A DNA stretch of 45,996 nt from Deferrisomatales bacterium. Its GTDB lineage: Bacteria > Desulfobacterota > Deferrisomatia > Deferrisomatales > JACRMM01. Both the position numbers and the translations under genes were made by a program. Shown here piece by piece: positions 31,704 through 42,058 of the stretch. The notes beneath the pieces were generated by a model. It saw nothing but the letters and a program-made list of their open reading frames with translations. It was not told the DNA's origin and did no database searches. The stretch lies in contig JAWSUI010000031.1 in NCBI GenBank assembly GCA_033551855.1, forward strand, positions 1 to 45,996. The letters run 5' to 3'. Every line of letters starts with the position of its first letter. Within the stretch, counting starts at the first letter, position 1.

Positions 31704-32645
31704 GTGAGTGCGCAACGGAGAGATTCGGTCGCGCAGCAGCTGGTTGCACGGGCCCTGAAAGTGTTTGGGGAGCCCTGGGGCCTCCTGGTCCTGGACAAGC
31801 CCGAGGGGATCACATCACACACCGCGGTGCAACGGGTGCGTCGCGCCCTTGGGGCATCCCGCGCGGGCCACGCCGGCACCCTCGATCCCCTGGCCACCGG
31901 CATTCTCCTCGTGGGGCTGGGGCGGGCCACCCGGCTCCTCGAGTACCTCGTCGGCCACGAGAAGGAGTACCGGGCGAGGGTGCGCCTGGGGGAGCGGCGC
32001 GACACCTTGGACCGCGAGGGCCGCCTCCTGGAGACGCGGCCGGTGCCGGACCTCGGCCGCGCCCGGGTGGAGGACGCGCTCCGCGCGTGGCGGGGCACCC
32101 GCGTCCAGGTGCCCCCGGCCTACAGCGCCGTGAAGATCGCGGGCGTCCCCCTGCACCGGAGGGCGCGGCGGGGCGAGGAGGTGGCGCCCCCCCCTCGCAC
32201 GGTGGAGATCCGTGAGCTGGAGCTCCTCGACCTCTCGGTGCCGGACCTGGTGCTCCGCATCGTCTGTTCATCGGGCACCTACGTGAGATCCCTCGCCCGC
32301 GACCTCGGGGATGCCCTGGGAACCGGGGCGATCCTGTGGGAGCTCACCCGGACCCGCTCCGGCCCTTTTGGCCTGGAAGGTGCCCCTTCCCTCGGCCAGG
32401 TGGAGGAGGCCGGCCCCCTGGCCTGGTCCTGGGTCCTCCCTCCGGGCCGCATGGTCGAGGCGCTTCCCCGCCGGAACCTCTCCGCGGACGAGGTCCGGGA
32501 CGTGTGCCGAGGCCGGGCCGTGCCCGGGCGGGCTCCCGAGCCCGGTCCGGTGGGGCTCTTCGACCCCGAGGACAACCTGGTGGCGGTGGCCCGCGAGGAG
32601 GCGGGGTGCCTACAGCCGCTGAAGGTCTTCGGCGGTTCCGGGTAG
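31704..32645 (+). CDS. truB: tRNA pseudouridine(55) synthase
   Basis: GHAGTLDPLATG, PPAYSAVK, SGTYVRSL; start uncertain. Confidence 0.95.
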   Translation: MSAQRRDSVAQQLVARALKVFGEPWGLLVLDKPEGITSHTAVQRVRRALGASRAGHAGTLDPLATGILLVGLGRATRLLEYLVGHEKEYRARVRLGERRDTLDREGRLLETRPVPDLGRARVEDALRAWRGTRVQVPPAYSAVKIAGVPLHRRARRGEEVAPPPRTVEIRELELLDLSVPDLVLRIVCSSGTYVRSLARDLGDALGTGAILWELTRTRSGPFGLEGAPSLGQVEEAGPLAWSWVLPPGRMVEALPRRNLSADEVRDVCRGRAVPGRAPEPGPVGLFDPEDNLVAVAREEAGCLQPLKVFGGSG

Positions 32646-32729
32646 GGCTTCGCCGGTTCGACGGGCTTGGGCGGCGGCCGACCACGCGCCTGCCGGGGTC
32701 GGGCGTCGAAGGCGACCGGCATCCGTCGC

Positions 32730-32828
32730 CGCACCGGGGAATCCGCCGGGACGCCCCTTCGACGTGCCGGGGTTTGCGGGGCGAAGCGGAGGGGCTCCCC
32801 GACCCCGAGCACGTGCCAGGCAGTGGAT
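32730..32828 (+). repeat. Repeat A, right-half copy
   Basis: CGCACCGGGG...TGCGGGGCGAAGCG...GGGGCTCCC...GTGGAT. Confidence 0.8.
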
Positions 32829-32847
32829 CCGGGAGGCGCCTGGCTCC

Positions 32848-32877
32848 TTTACGCCGGCGCTCCATTCGTGTTAGAAA
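32848..32877 (+). promoter_or_regulatory. sigma70-like promoter of rpsO-pnp
   Basis: TTTACG-N18-TAGAAA with extended -10 TG, 19 nt after the repeat A end. Confidence 0.5.
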
Positions 32878-32960
32878 GGTCGATCATTTGGGGGCCGGAC
32901 GGCCCGAGCCGCCCCGCCCCTGCCCTGTCAGACGAGAGAGCAGCGAGGAGGATAGACACC

Positions 32961-33230
32961 ATGGTGATGACCCCGGAGAAGAAGCAGGAAGTGATCGACC
33001 AGTACCGGATCCACGAGAACGACACGGGCTCCCCGGAGGTCCAGATCGCGCTGTTGAGTGAGCGGATCAGCTATCTGACCGAGCACTTCAAGCTCCACAA
33101 GAAGGACCACTCCTCCCGCCGCGGGCTGCTCAAGCTGGTCGGCCAGCGCCGGCGCCTTCTCGACTACCTAAAGAGCAGCGACGTCGAGCGGTACCGGACC
33201 GTGATCGACCGGCTCGGTATCCGCAAGTAA
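32961..33230 (+). CDS. rpsO: 30S ribosomal protein S15
   Basis: [23 protein letters not shown]. Confidence 0.98.
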   Translation: MVMTPEKKQEVIDQYRIHENDTGSPEVQIALLSERISYLTEHFKLHKKDHSSRRGLLKLVGQRRRLLDYLKSSDVERYRTVIDRLGIRK

Positions 33231-33289
33231 CGAGACCTGCGAACGGCCCCCGGGCCGCTTCATCCACCCAAAGACGGGAGAGTGCTGCA

Positions 33290-35452
33290 TTGTTCGATGT
33301 AAAGACCGCCACATTGGAGGTGGGGGGGAAGACCCTCACGCTGGAGACGGGCCGCATGGCGCGACAGGCCCACGGCGCCGTGCTCGTGACCTATGGGGAG
33401 ACCGCCGTCCTCGTCACGGCCGTCGCCGAGGCCGAGGGGCGCGAGGGAATCGACTTCTTTCCCCTCACGGTGAACTTCCAGACAAAGACCTTTGCCGCCG
33501 GCAAGATCCCCGGCGGGTTCTTCAAGCGGGAGGGCAGGCCGCCCGACTCCGACACCCTGACCTCGCGGCTCATCGACCGCCCGATTCGCCCGCTGTTCCC
33601 CAAGGGATTCACGAGCGAGACCCAGGTCATCGCCACGGTGGTCTCCCACGACACCGAGAACATACCTGACGTGGTGGCGCTGGTGGGGGCTTCGGCCGCC
33701 CTCTCCATCTCGGACATCCCCTTCCACGGACCCATCGCGGGGGTCCGGATCGGGCACGTGGACGGCTCGTTCGTCGTCAACCCGACCCTCAAGCAACTCG
33801 AGACGAGCCGCCTGAATCTCATCCTGGCCGGCACGAAGGACGCCGTGACCATGGTGGAGAGCGGCTCCAAGATGCTCAGCGAAGCGGAGATGCTCGAGGC
33901 CATCGAGCTCGGCCACGGCGAGATCAAGCGCCTGGTGGAACTGCAGGAGGAGTTTGTCCGAGCCGCCGGCATGCCCAAGCGCGAGATCCCCGCCGCTCCG
34001 GAGCCGGACCCGGCAGTGCAGGAAAAGGCCGCCGCCTACTTCGCGGACTTGGGGGCCAAGGCCTATCAGGAACAGGACAAGAAGGCGCGCTCCGTAGCGG
34101 TCCGAGCCGCCAAGGCCGCCCTGGTGGCGTCCCTCGGGGACGAGGAGAGGCTCCGGGAAAAGGACTTCAAGGCAGCCTTCGAGAGCGTGCAGAAGAAGTA
34201 CGTGCGACGCACGATCCTCGAAGAGGGCGTGCGGATCGACGGTCGGGGGCTCGAGGACGTGCGCCCGATCGACTGCCAGGTGGGGATCCTGCCCCGCACC
34301 CACGGGTCTGCCCTCTTCACCCGGGGGGAGACCCAGGCGCTCGTGGTTCCGACCTTGGGAACCTCCAGCGACGAGCAGCTCATCGACGCCATCGAGGGCT
34401 CCTACTACAAGCGCTTCATGCTCCACTACAACTTCCCGCCCTTCTGCGTGGGGGAGGCCCGCTTCCTGCGGGGCCCGGGCCGGCGCGAGATCGGCCATGG
34501 GGCCTTGGCCGAGAGGGCCCTCGAGGCCGTGCTGCCCGCCCACGAAGACTTCCCCTACACGATCCGGCTCGTCTCGGAGGTGCTCGAGAGCAACGGGTCG
34601 TCCTCCATGGCCACGGTCTGCGGCGGAAGCCTCGCCCTCATGGACGCCGGGGTCCCGGTCTCGGCGCCGGTCGCGGGCATCGCGATGGGCCTGATCCTCG
34701 AGGGCGACCGCTTCGCGGTCCTCTCCGACATCCTGGGCGACGAAGACCACCTCGGCGACATGGACTTCAAGGTGGCCGGCACCCGGGAGGGCATCACCGC
34801 CCTCCAGATGGACATCAAGGTCCAGGGCATCACGGTCGAGATCATGCGCACGGCGCTCGAGCAGGCCCGCAGGGGGCGCCTGCACATCCTGAACTGCATG
34901 GAGCGCGCCCTCGGCACCCCCCGGGAGAGCCTCTCCCCCCTGGCCCCCCGAATCACCGTCATCCACGTCAGCACCGAAAAGATCAAAGACGTGATCGGCC
35001 CCGGCGGGAAGAACATCCGCAACATCATCCAGGTCACACAGACCAGCGTCGACATCGAGGACGACGGCTCCATCCGGATCGCCAGCACCAACGAGGCCCA
35101 GACCCAGCAGGCGATCAAGATGATCCGGGACCTCACCCAGGAGGCCGAGGTCGGGAAGGTCTACGAGGGGATCGTCCGGAAGATCATGGATTTCGGCGCC
35201 TTCGTGGAGATCTTCCCCGGCACCGACGGCCTGCTCCACATCAGCGAGATCGACAAGGAGCGGGTGGCCAACGTGACCGACTTCCTCAAGGAAGGCGACA
35301 CCGTGCCCGTCAAGGTCATCAACGTGGAGTCCAACGGGCGGATCAAGCTCTCCCGGCGGGCTGCTCTCTACCCCGACGAGCCGGGCGCCGCACCGCGGGA
35401 GGGCCGCAGTCCGCCCCCCCAGCGCCGGGACCGGGACCGGCGGCGGGGCTAG
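33290..35452 (+). CDS. pnp: Polyribonucleotide nucleotidyltransferase (PNPase)
   Basis: [36 protein letters not shown] + S1 domains. Confidence 0.98.
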   Translation: MFDVKTATLEVGGKTLTLETGRMARQAHGAVLVTYGETAVLVTAVAEAEGREGIDFFPLTVNFQTKTFAAGKIPGGFFKREGRPPDSDTLTSRLIDRPIRPLFPKGFTSETQVIATVVSHDTENIPDVVALVGASAALSISDIPFHGPIAGVRIGHVDGSFVVNPTLKQLETSRLNLILAGTKDAVTMVESGSKMLSEAEMLEAIELGHGEIKRLVELQEEFVRAAGMPKREIPAAPEPDPAVQEKAAAYFADLGAKAYQEQDKKARSVAVRAAKAALVASLGDEERLREKDFKAAFESVQKKYVRRTILEEGVRIDGRGLEDVRPIDCQVGILPRTHGSALFTRGETQALVVPTLGTSSDEQLIDAIEGSYYKRFMLHYNFPPFCVGEARFLRGPGRREIGHGALAERALEAVLPAHEDFPYTIRLVSEVLESNGSSSMATVCGGSLALMDAGVPVSAPVAGIAMGLILEGDRFAVLSDILGDEDHLGDMDFKVAGTREGITALQMDIKVQGITVEIMRTALEQARRGRLHILNCMERALGTPRESLSPLAPRITVIHVSTEKIKDVIGPGGKNIRNIIQVTQTSVDIEDDGSIRIASTNEAQTQQAIKMIRDLTQEAEVGKVYEGIVRKIMDFGAFVEIFPGTDGLLHISEIDKERVANVTDFLKEGDTVPVKVINVESNGRIKLSRRAALYPDEPGAAPREGRSPPPQRRDRDRRRG

Positions 35453-35522
35453 TACCAGGGACCGTAGCGAGAACGGGCGCGGCGAGAGCCGCGCCCGTTG
35501 CCGTTTCCCCTCCGGCCCTCTT

Positions 35523-37277
35523 CTACCCGGGGTGCGCTTCCCCCGCCTCCCCGTCCCCGGCCACGCACCGGTTGCACCGGTCCCCCACCTCCAGGGGTTG
35601 ACCCGTCACCGACCCGTACCGGTAGAGGGTCACCCCCTTGAGGCCCAGGGCGTGGGCTTCCCGAAAGATCCGGGCCACCGTCTCCCGAGAGCTCTCCTGC
35701 GGGAGGTTGACGGTCTTGGACACCGCGTTGTGGGTGTGTTCCTGGAAGGCGGCCTGCATCGCCAGGTGGTCCTCGGGAGGCAGCTCGAACGCGGTGGGGA
35801 AGAGCCGGCGCACGGATTCCGGGATCTCCGCGAGGTGCCCCAGCCGCCCCTCGGCCTGCACCCGCGCCTCCACCGACGCCGGCGAGACCCCGCGTGCCTC
35901 GAGGGCGGGCCCCAAGAGGGGATGGATCCCGAAGCTCACCGCCCGGTCCTGGATGCGGCGGGTGTAGGCCAGGCTGAACAGGGGCTCGATGGAGCCCGAG
36001 ACCCCGGCCAGGATCGCGATGGAGCCGGTGGGCGCCACCGTGGTCACCGTGGCGTTTCGCATCGCCGGGAATCCCCTCTTCTCCCAGATGCTGCCCGCGA
36101 ATGCCCCGAAGCTGCCCCGCCGCTCCCCCAGGGCCCGGGACGCGGCGACCCCTGCCGCCTCCAGGCGGGCCATGATATGACGCCCCAACGCCCGAGCCTG
36201 CTCGCCGCCGTAGGGAATGCCCAGCATCACCAGGGCGTCCGCGAACCCCATGACCCCCAGCCCCACCTTCCGGGTGCGCCGGTTGGCGAGTCGGATCTGC
36301 TCCACCGGAGGCTCGGAGACCTCGAGGCAGTCGTCGAGGAACTCCACGGCGAGGGCGGTCGCGGCCTCGAGCTCGTCCCAGGCCAGCCCGCCCGCGCGCA
36401 CGAACCGCGTGAGGTTGAGGGATCCCAGGGTGCACGACTCGTAGGGCAGGAGGGGCTGCTCGCCGCAGGGGTTGGTGGCCTCCAGCGCCCCGAGCCCGGG
36501 CACCGGGTTGGCTCGGTTCACGGCGTCCAGGAACACCGCTCCCGGATCGCCCGTAGCCCAGGCGCCCTCCACCAGGGCGGCGAAGATCTCCTGCGCCGGC
36601 ACCCGGCTCCACACTCCCCCTCCCCGGGGGTTCCGGAGCGCGACGTCCTCCCCCCGCGCCAGGGCCCGGGCAAAGTCGTCCGTGAACCCCACCGAGAGGT
36701 TGAAGTTCCCGAAGGCGCCCTGGAGCTTTGCCCGACAGAAGTCCAGGATGTCCGGGTGGTCCACCCGCAGGACGGCCATGTTCGCCCCCCTGCGCCGCCC
36801 CCCCTGCCGAATCACCCGGGTGGAGGTGTCGAAGAGCTCGAGAAACGAGAGCGGCCCGGAGGCGGCGCCGCCGGTGCTCGCCACCACGTCGCCCCGCGGG
36901 CGGATGCGGGAGAAGCTGAACCCCGTGCCGCCCCCGCTCTTGTGGATGAGGGCCATGTGCTTGAGGGAATCGTAGATGGACTCGATGGAGTCCTCGAGGG
37001 GAAGGACGAAGCAGGCGGCGAGTTGGCCGACGGGGGTGCCGGCGTTCATCAGGGCCGGCGTGTTGGGCAGGAACCTCAGGCTGCGCAGCAGGTCGTGATA
37101 CCGCTCCGCCTTCGGCTCGGGCCGCCCGCCGAAGCGGGTCTCGGCAGCCGCCACCCCGCGGGCGACGCGATGGAAGAGCTCCTCCTCTCCCTCGGCAGGC
37201 TCGCCGTCGGGTGCCCGCTGGACATAGCGCAGCGCCAGCAGTTCCCGGGCCTGGGGTGTGAGCTCCGGATAACCCAT
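35523..37277 (-). CDS. nrdJ: Class II (adenosylcobalamin-dependent) ribonucleotide reductase
   Basis: PNTPALMN, AACF, TNPCGEQ, APTGSI, SKTVN; C-terminal CNRC. Confidence 0.9.
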   Translation of the reverse strand: MGYPELTPQARELLALRYVQRAPDGEPAEGEEELFHRVARGVAAAETRFGGRPEPKAERYHDLLRSLRFLPNTPALMNAGTPVGQLAACFVLPLEDSIESIYDSLKHMALIHKSGGGTGFSFSRIRPRGDVVASTGGAASGPLSFLELFDTSTRVIRQGGRRRGANMAVLRVDHPDILDFCRAKLQGAFGNFNLSVGFTDDFARALARGEDVALRNPRGGGVWSRVPAQEIFAALVEGAWATGDPGAVFLDAVNRANPVPGLGALEATNPCGEQPLLPYESCTLGSLNLTRFVRAGGLAWDELEAATALAVEFLDDCLEVSEPPVEQIRLANRRTRKVGLGVMGFADALVMLGIPYGGEQARALGRHIMARLEAAGVAASRALGERRGSFGAFAGSIWEKRGFPAMRNATVTTVAPTGSIAILAGVSGSIEPLFSLAYTRRIQDRAVSFGIHPLLGPALEARGVSPASVEARVQAEGRLGHLAEIPESVRRLFPTAFELPPEDHLAMQAAFQEHTHNAVSKTVNLPQESSRETVARIFREAHALGLKGVTLYRYGSVTGQPLEVGDRCNRCVAGDGEAGEAHPG

Positions 37278-37369
37278 GCCGGCCCTCCACTTCCGCCGGA
37301 AGGAGCCTCGACGGCGGGCCCCGGGGGGCCCCTCTCCCTCCCTCGGGGTGCCCGAAGCTCACGGGACCG

Positions 37370-37897
37370 TCAGAACTCGATCCCGCGCTGTGCCTTGACG
37401 CCCTTGCGGAAGGGGTGCTTGACCTCGCGCATCTCCGTGACGAGGTCGGCAGCTTCCACCACCTCCGGGGGCGCGTCCCGCCCGGTGAGCACCAGGTGCA
37501 CGGCGGGGGGCTTCTCCCGGATGAGCGCCAGGATGCTCTCCACGTCCAGCAAGCCGTAGCTCGCCGCGTAGTTGACCTCGTCGAGGATCACCAGGTCCCA
37601 GTCCCCGGAGAGCACCCGCTCCCGCGCAGCGGCGAAGGTCTCTCGCGCCAGAGCCAGGGCTTCGGTGTTCGCCTCCGGGCTGCCCAGGTCCACGAAACCG
37701 CGCCCCATGGGTCGGATCTCGAAGCCCGGGAGCAGCTCCGGGGCCCGGAGCTCCCCGTACTTCCAGGACCCCTTGATGAACTGGATCATGCTGACCTTCA
37801 GGCCCTGCCCCACGGCACGAAGGGCGAGGCCCAGGGCCGCCGTCGTCTTTCCCTTGCCGTTGCCCGTGTGGACGATCACCAACCCTTGCCGCGCCAT
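37370..37897 (-). CDS. cobO: Cob(I)alamin adenosyltransferase (CobO/BtuR)
   Basis: TGNGKGKTTAA, QFIKG, LDE, LTGR, KHPF..G...GIEF. Confidence 0.95.
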   Translation of the reverse strand: MARQGLVIVHTGNGKGKTTAALGLALRAVGQGLKVSMIQFIKGSWKYGELRAPELLPGFEIRPMGRGFVDLGSPEANTEALALARETFAAARERVLSGDWDLVILDEVNYAASYGLLDVESILALIREKPPAVHLVLTGRDAPPEVVEAADLVTEMREVKHPFRKGVKAQRGIEF

Positions 37898-37910
37898 CGA
37901 CTCTCCTCGC

Positions 37911-37959
37911 GTGACGGGTCACGGATGACGGAAGACCGGTAAACGGTGACGGGTGACCC
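37911..37959. repeat. Degenerate heptamer tandem repeat (GTGACGG) x7
   Basis: gtgacgg gtcacgg atgacgg aagaccg gtaaacg gtgacgg gtgaccc. Confidence 0.75.
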
Positions 37960-37969
37960 GTTCCAGACG

Positions 37970-38177
37970 GGCTCGTCCGGGGAACGACGGGTCTCCGTGA
38001 CCGAGGGCGGCCGGGGGGGTCCCACGGCGCAGGCGGACGACCGCTCGACGGGAGCAACTGCTTCGGGAGCAGCAATGCCGCGAGGATTCCGGATGCGGCG
38101 CGGGAGCGCACCTACCTTACAGCCCGGCATCGTCCGCCTGCGTAGCCGGGCCCACCCGGTCGTTTACCGAAAGAACC
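37970..38177 (+). repeat. Repeat C copy abutting the ybaB stop codon
   Basis: Collinear with 16601..16815. Confidence 0.85.
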
Positions 38178-38495
38178 TCAAAAGAGCCCGGGGATGTTCA
38201 GGCCCATCCCACCCGCGATCTTGCCCATCTCCGAGGCCACCATCTCCTGGCTCTTCTTCACCCCCTCGTTCACCGCCGCCAGAACGAGATCCTGCAGCAT
38301 CTCCACGTCCTCGGGGTCGACCACCTCCCGGTCCACGGTCAGGGAGAGGATCTCCTGCTTGCCGTTCACGGTGCAGCGCACCATCCCCCCCCCGGAGCTC
38401 GCCTCCACGGTCCGCGAGGCCAACTCCTCCTGCATCTGGGCCATCTTCTTCTGCATCTGCTGCGCTTGGCGCATCATGTTCCCGAGCCCCTTCAC
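38178..38495 (-). CDS. ybaB: YbaB/EbfC nucleoid-associated protein
   Basis: MMRQAQQMQ, SGGGMV, EMLQDLVLAAVN. Confidence 0.95.
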   Translation of the reverse strand: MKGLGNMMRQAQQMQKKMAQMQEELASRTVEASSGGGMVRCTVNGKQEILSLTVDREVVDPEDVEMLQDLVLAAVNEGVKKSQEMVASEMGKIAGGMGLNIPGLF

Positions 38496-38532
38496 TCCCG
38501 CACCTCCTCTCGCCGACTCCTGAGCCGCTCGG

Positions 38533-40266
38533 TCAGGGCTTGAGCACCCGGACCTCTTCCACATCGCCTTCGAAGATCTCCATGGCCTCGCGCACCAGGG
38601 GGTGCTCCAGGGCCTCTCGCTTGGCGCTTCGCGCCCGATCGGTCTCCCGGGCCCCATCCCGACCCCGCCCCCGCCCCTGCCGCGCCTCGAACCGGAGCTC
38701 CACCCGGGCACCCGGACCCGCCGCCTCGGCCAGGATCCGGGTGAGCAGCTCGAGCTTGGAGCGGACGAAGAACTCGTGCCCCGGGTCGTCCAGGACCACG
38801 GCGGCCACCTTCCCGTCGGGGTCCCAGGCCTCCAGCCTCCCGTGGGCCCGAAGGACGTGCCAGAAGGGCCGGTTGGCCCCCTCCGCCCCCCGGAGGAGGG
38901 CCTCCCAGACCTCCGCCTCCCCCCGGGGCACCGGAGCCTCGCCGGCCGGGACGGCCGCCACGGCCGCGGAGGGAGCCGCCGCAGCTTCTGCCGAGGCCCC
39001 CGCAGCTCGATCCCCCGGGCCCGGGTCCCGGGGCGCCGGGTCCGCGGTCTTCCCCGCCGCGGCCTCCACCCCGGTGTGCCCGGAGGCCGACGGCCTCCCC
39101 CCGGCGCCTCCTCCTCCCCCTTCGCCCGCCCCCGGGCCGGCGCGCGCCCGGGCCAGGACCTCGGAGAGCGGGAGCACCGGGGGCAGCTTGGCCATCTTGA
39201 GCAGGGTCATCTCCAGCAGGGGCCCGGGCCGCGAGGCGCCGCGAAGGGTGTCGATCCCCCGGCTGAGGATGTCGAACAGGGCGTGGATCTCCTCCCAGGA
39301 GGTCGGGACCAGAAACTCCCGGGCGGCCGCCACCTCCTCGGCGGCGAGGTCCACCAGATCCTCCGCCTCCCCCAGGGCCTTGATCACCGTGAGGTCCCGA
39401 AAGACGTCCAGCAGATCGTGGCCGAACCGCCGCACGTCGTACCCGAAGCGCTCCGCCTCGGCCAGCGCCTCCACCACCCGGCGGGCGTCGCGCTCGACCA
39501 CCGCGCGGGCCACCCCGAACAGGAGGTCGCGGTCCACGACCCCCAACACGTCGCGCACGTCCTCGTAGGTGACGGACTCGCCGGCATAGGAGAAGACCTG
39601 GTCGAGCAGGCTCTGGCCGTCCCGAACGCTCCCTTCCGCTTCCCGGGCCAGCGCCGCCAGGCTCTTCTCGTCCGCCGCGATCCCCTCGGCGTGCGCCACG
39701 TCGGCCAGCAGCGCCGTCATCTCCCTCAGCGACAGGCGCTTGAAATCGAACTGCTGGCAACGGCTGAGGATGGTAACCGGGATCTTGTGGGGGTCGGTCG
39801 TCGCCAGGACGAAGACGACGTGGGCCGGGGGCTCCTCCAGGGTCTTCAGGAGGGCATTGAAGGCCGCCGTGGAGAGCATGTGCACTTCGTCGATGATGTA
39901 CACCCGGTGGGGGCCTCGCACCGGCGGATAGCGCACCGCCTCCCGCAGTCGCCGCACGTCCTCCACGCCGGTATTGGAAGCCCCGTCGATCTCCAGGACG
40001 TCGCCGGAGCGGCCCTCTGTGATCTCGCGGCAAGAAGGGCACGCGTTGCAGGGGGTCGGCGTCGGGCCCGAGACGCAGTTGAGCGCTTTCGCCAGCACCC
40101 GCGCCGCCGACGTCTTGCCCACCCCGCGAATGCCGGTGAACAAATACGCGTGGGCGATGCGTCCCGAGGAGATCGCATTCCGGAGCGCCCGGACGATGTG
40201 GTCCTGTCCCCGGATCGCCTCGAAGGTCTGGGGACGCCACTTCCGCGCTAGGACGAGGTAGGACAT
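38533..40266 (-). CDS. dnaX: DNA polymerase III subunit gamma/tau
   Basis: LARKWRPQTF, GVGKT, IIDEVHML, LKTLEEPP, SRC. Confidence 0.97.
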   Translation of the reverse strand: MSYLVLARKWRPQTFEAIRGQDHIVRALRNAISSGRIAHAYLFTGIRGVGKTSAARVLAKALNCVSGPTPTPCNACPSCREITEGRSGDVLEIDGASNTGVEDVRRLREAVRYPPVRGPHRVYIIDEVHMLSTAAFNALLKTLEEPPAHVVFVLATTDPHKIPVTILSRCQQFDFKRLSLREMTALLADVAHAEGIAADEKSLAALAREAEGSVRDGQSLLDQVFSYAGESVTYEDVRDVLGVVDRDLLFGVARAVVERDARRVVEALAEAERFGYDVRRFGHDLLDVFRDLTVIKALGEAEDLVDLAAEEVAAAREFLVPTSWEEIHALFDILSRGIDTLRGASRPGPLLEMTLLKMAKLPPVLPLSEVLARARAGPGAGEGGGGGAGGRPSASGHTGVEAAAGKTADPAPRDPGPGDRAAGASAEAAAAPSAAVAAVPAGEAPVPRGEAEVWEALLRGAEGANRPFWHVLRAHGRLEAWDPDGKVAAVVLDDPGHEFFVRSKLELLTRILAEAAGPGARVELRFEARQGRGRGRDGARETDRARSAKREALEHPLVREAMEIFEGDVEEVRVLKP

Positions 40267-40288
40267 GGCCAGGCCCAAGGAAGGGAGG

Positions 40289-40429
40289 GACGGAGGTGGG
40301 ATCCAGGGATGGCTAGGCTGCCTGCGGCGCCCGAGGGGCGTGGCTGCCGCTGCTTCCTTCCGGACCTGACGGGGTTCACCGCGCCTTCGTCGCGCAGGGC
40401 CCAGCCATCCCTGCAACCCACCTCGCCCG
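40289..40429 (-). ncRNA. ffs: Signal recognition particle RNA
   Basis: Helix 8 GUCAGGUCCGGAAGGAAGCAGC inside a long closing stem; ends approximate. Confidence 0.93.
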
Positions 40430-40567
40430 GAGGCGGGACAACACCGGAATCCCAGGGGCCGGTTCCGCGGCTTCCGCCCCCGCAGCTCCGAGGAGCGGCC
40501 CCCGCCGGACGCTCGCCGCGTCACGGGGGCTACCCGCCCGGAACGGCGCAGCCCCCGGGGAAAAGAC

Positions 40568-40657
40568 TGGCGGAGAGGGAGGGATTCGAACCCCCGGTAC
40601 CCGTAAAGGTACAACAGATTTCGAGTCTGCCGCCTTCGACCTCTCGGCCACCTCTCC
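40568..40657 (-). tRNA. tRNA-Ser(CGA)
   Basis: GGAGAGG acceptor stem, anticodon loop CU-CGA-AA, long variable arm, GGTTCGAATCC, encoded CCA. Confidence 0.97.
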
Positions 40658-40665
40658 GCGAACGT

Positions 40666-41115
40666 TCAGGACTCGGGTTCCCCGCCGCACCGCCGGCGGC
40701 GGAAGAACCGCCGCATCAGGTCCGCAGCCTCGGCCTCGCGAACCCCCCGGACCACCTGGACCCGATGGTTGAGCCGCGGGTCGTCCGACAGATCGAAGAG
40801 GGTGCCCGCCGCGCCGGCCTTCGGGTCCGCCGCCCCGTACACCAACCGGGGCACGCGGGCCTGGAGCAGCGCCCCCATGCACATCGGGCAGGGCTCCAGC
40901 GTGACCACCAGCGTGGCTTCCTCCAGCCGCCACCTTCCCAGGAGCCGCGAGGCCTCGCCGATCGCCAGGCACTCGGCGTGCGCCAAGGGGTCGGCCCGGG
41001 CCTCCCGGAGGTTGTGGGCCCGGGTGAGCACCCGCTCCCCCCAGAGGAGCACCGCCCCCACCGGCACCTCCTCAAGGGCCAGGGCCGCCTCCGCCTCGGC
41101 TAAGGCCAACCCCAT
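40666..41115 (-). CDS. tadA: tRNA adenosine(34) deaminase
   Basis: EVPVGA, HAE, EPCPMC; promoter-like TTGCAA-N17-TATCTT at 41168..41140. Confidence 0.93.
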   Translation of the reverse strand: MGLALAEAEAALALEEVPVGAVLLWGERVLTRAHNLREARADPLAHAECLAIGEASRLLGRWRLEEATLVVTLEPCPMCMGALLQARVPRLVYGAADPKAGAAGTLFDLSDDPRLNHRVQVVRGVREAEAADLMRRFFRRRRCGGEPES

Positions 41116-41304
41116 CACCTCGCCGATAAGAGGGGCGCGAAGATAGCACGAGGCCTGCTCGGTTGCAACGGAACGGGAGGCAAGCACCATCGGAACACAC
41201 ACGGGTCTGGGGGGGCCGGGAGCGGGCCGGAGGGCCTTCGGGCCGGCTGCCCGCTTCCGGGCATCCGCCGGATAGGACTGTAGCACCGGGCGGAAGGAGC
41301 GGGC

Positions 41305-41425
41305 AACCAACCGCCCCGGCACGTGCCCGGGGCCGGGGAGCCCCTCCGCTCCGCCCCGCAATCCGCGGCCATGCGAAGGGGTGTCCCCGCAGGCTCCGGT
41401 GCGCCGGGCTTCACCCGTTTGCACC
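41305..41425 (-). repeat. Repeat A, right-half copy on the minus strand
   Basis: Reverse complement GGGTGAAGCCCGGCGCACCGG...GCCGCGGATTGCGGGGCGG...GGGGCTCCC. Confidence 0.85.
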
Positions 41426-41562
41426 GGGGGCGGAGGGCAGGACGCACGGACACCGGTGGCCACGCACACGGTGAACCCAGGGAAACCGCCCCCTGCGGCG
41501 CAGGTCGATGCGACATCTCGGGCCGGGGCGGTCGGGCCCGCCCCCTCCAGAAGGAAGGTGCC

Positions 41563-42033
41563 ATGGCGCTCCCTTGCCACCCCGACGACGCTGTGCCCGA
41601 CCTCACCGTCCTCCTCCCCGAGGGTTCGCCCGCGTCCCCGGCGGTCCCGGAGGACGTCCGTCGGCGGTTCGGCACCTGCTGGAAGGCCCTCCGGGACCAA
41701 GGGTTCGACATCGAGGTGCGCCGGAACTCCGTGCGCGTTCGCCACGCCGGCCAGGGGTTCGAGCAGGTGATCCAGCTGTCCGGCGAGGACGACCTGGGGG
41801 AGAAGAGGGAGCTCTTCCGCGCCTTGCGGTCGGCCTTCGGGGGCTTGGTGGAGCGATGGCTTCCCCACATCGTCCAGCCGAGCCCCACGGTGACGTGGCC
41901 CTACCTGAACCTGAAACAGGTCATCGAGATCTGTCAGTGCGTGCGGGCCCTCCGGAGAAGGAGCGCCGCGGTCGGCGCGAAGGGCTTCCGTCCGCGAAAC
42001 GGTGCGGCGCCCTCCGTGCCGGCTCCGTGGTAG
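41563..42033 (+). CDS. Hypothetical protein
   Basis: AAGGAAGG SD, ATG, coding-like third positions; no family recognised. Confidence 0.65.
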   Translation: MALPCHPDDAVPDLTVLLPEGSPASPAVPEDVRRRFGTCWKALRDQGFDIEVRRNSVRVRHAGQGFEQVIQLSGEDDLGEKRELFRALRSAFGGLVERWLPHIVQPSPTVTWPYLNLKQVIEICQCVRALRRRSAAVGAKGFRPRNGAAPSVPAPW

Positions 42034-42058
42034 GGCGGCCTCCCCAAGGTGTCGTGTC

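Noticed and set aside
37900..38177. Cobalamin riboswitch upstream of cobO-nrdJ
   Set aside because: No B12-box or GGGAA..GGTG..AATCC core found; the region is repeat C, which also occurs at unrelated loci.
38533..40266. Programmed frameshift in dnaX
   Set aside because: No A-AAA-AAG or poly-A slippery site seen.
40568..40657. Integrated island at tRNA-Ser
   Set aside because: No integrase and no duplicated tRNA 3' end; the flanks are core genes.
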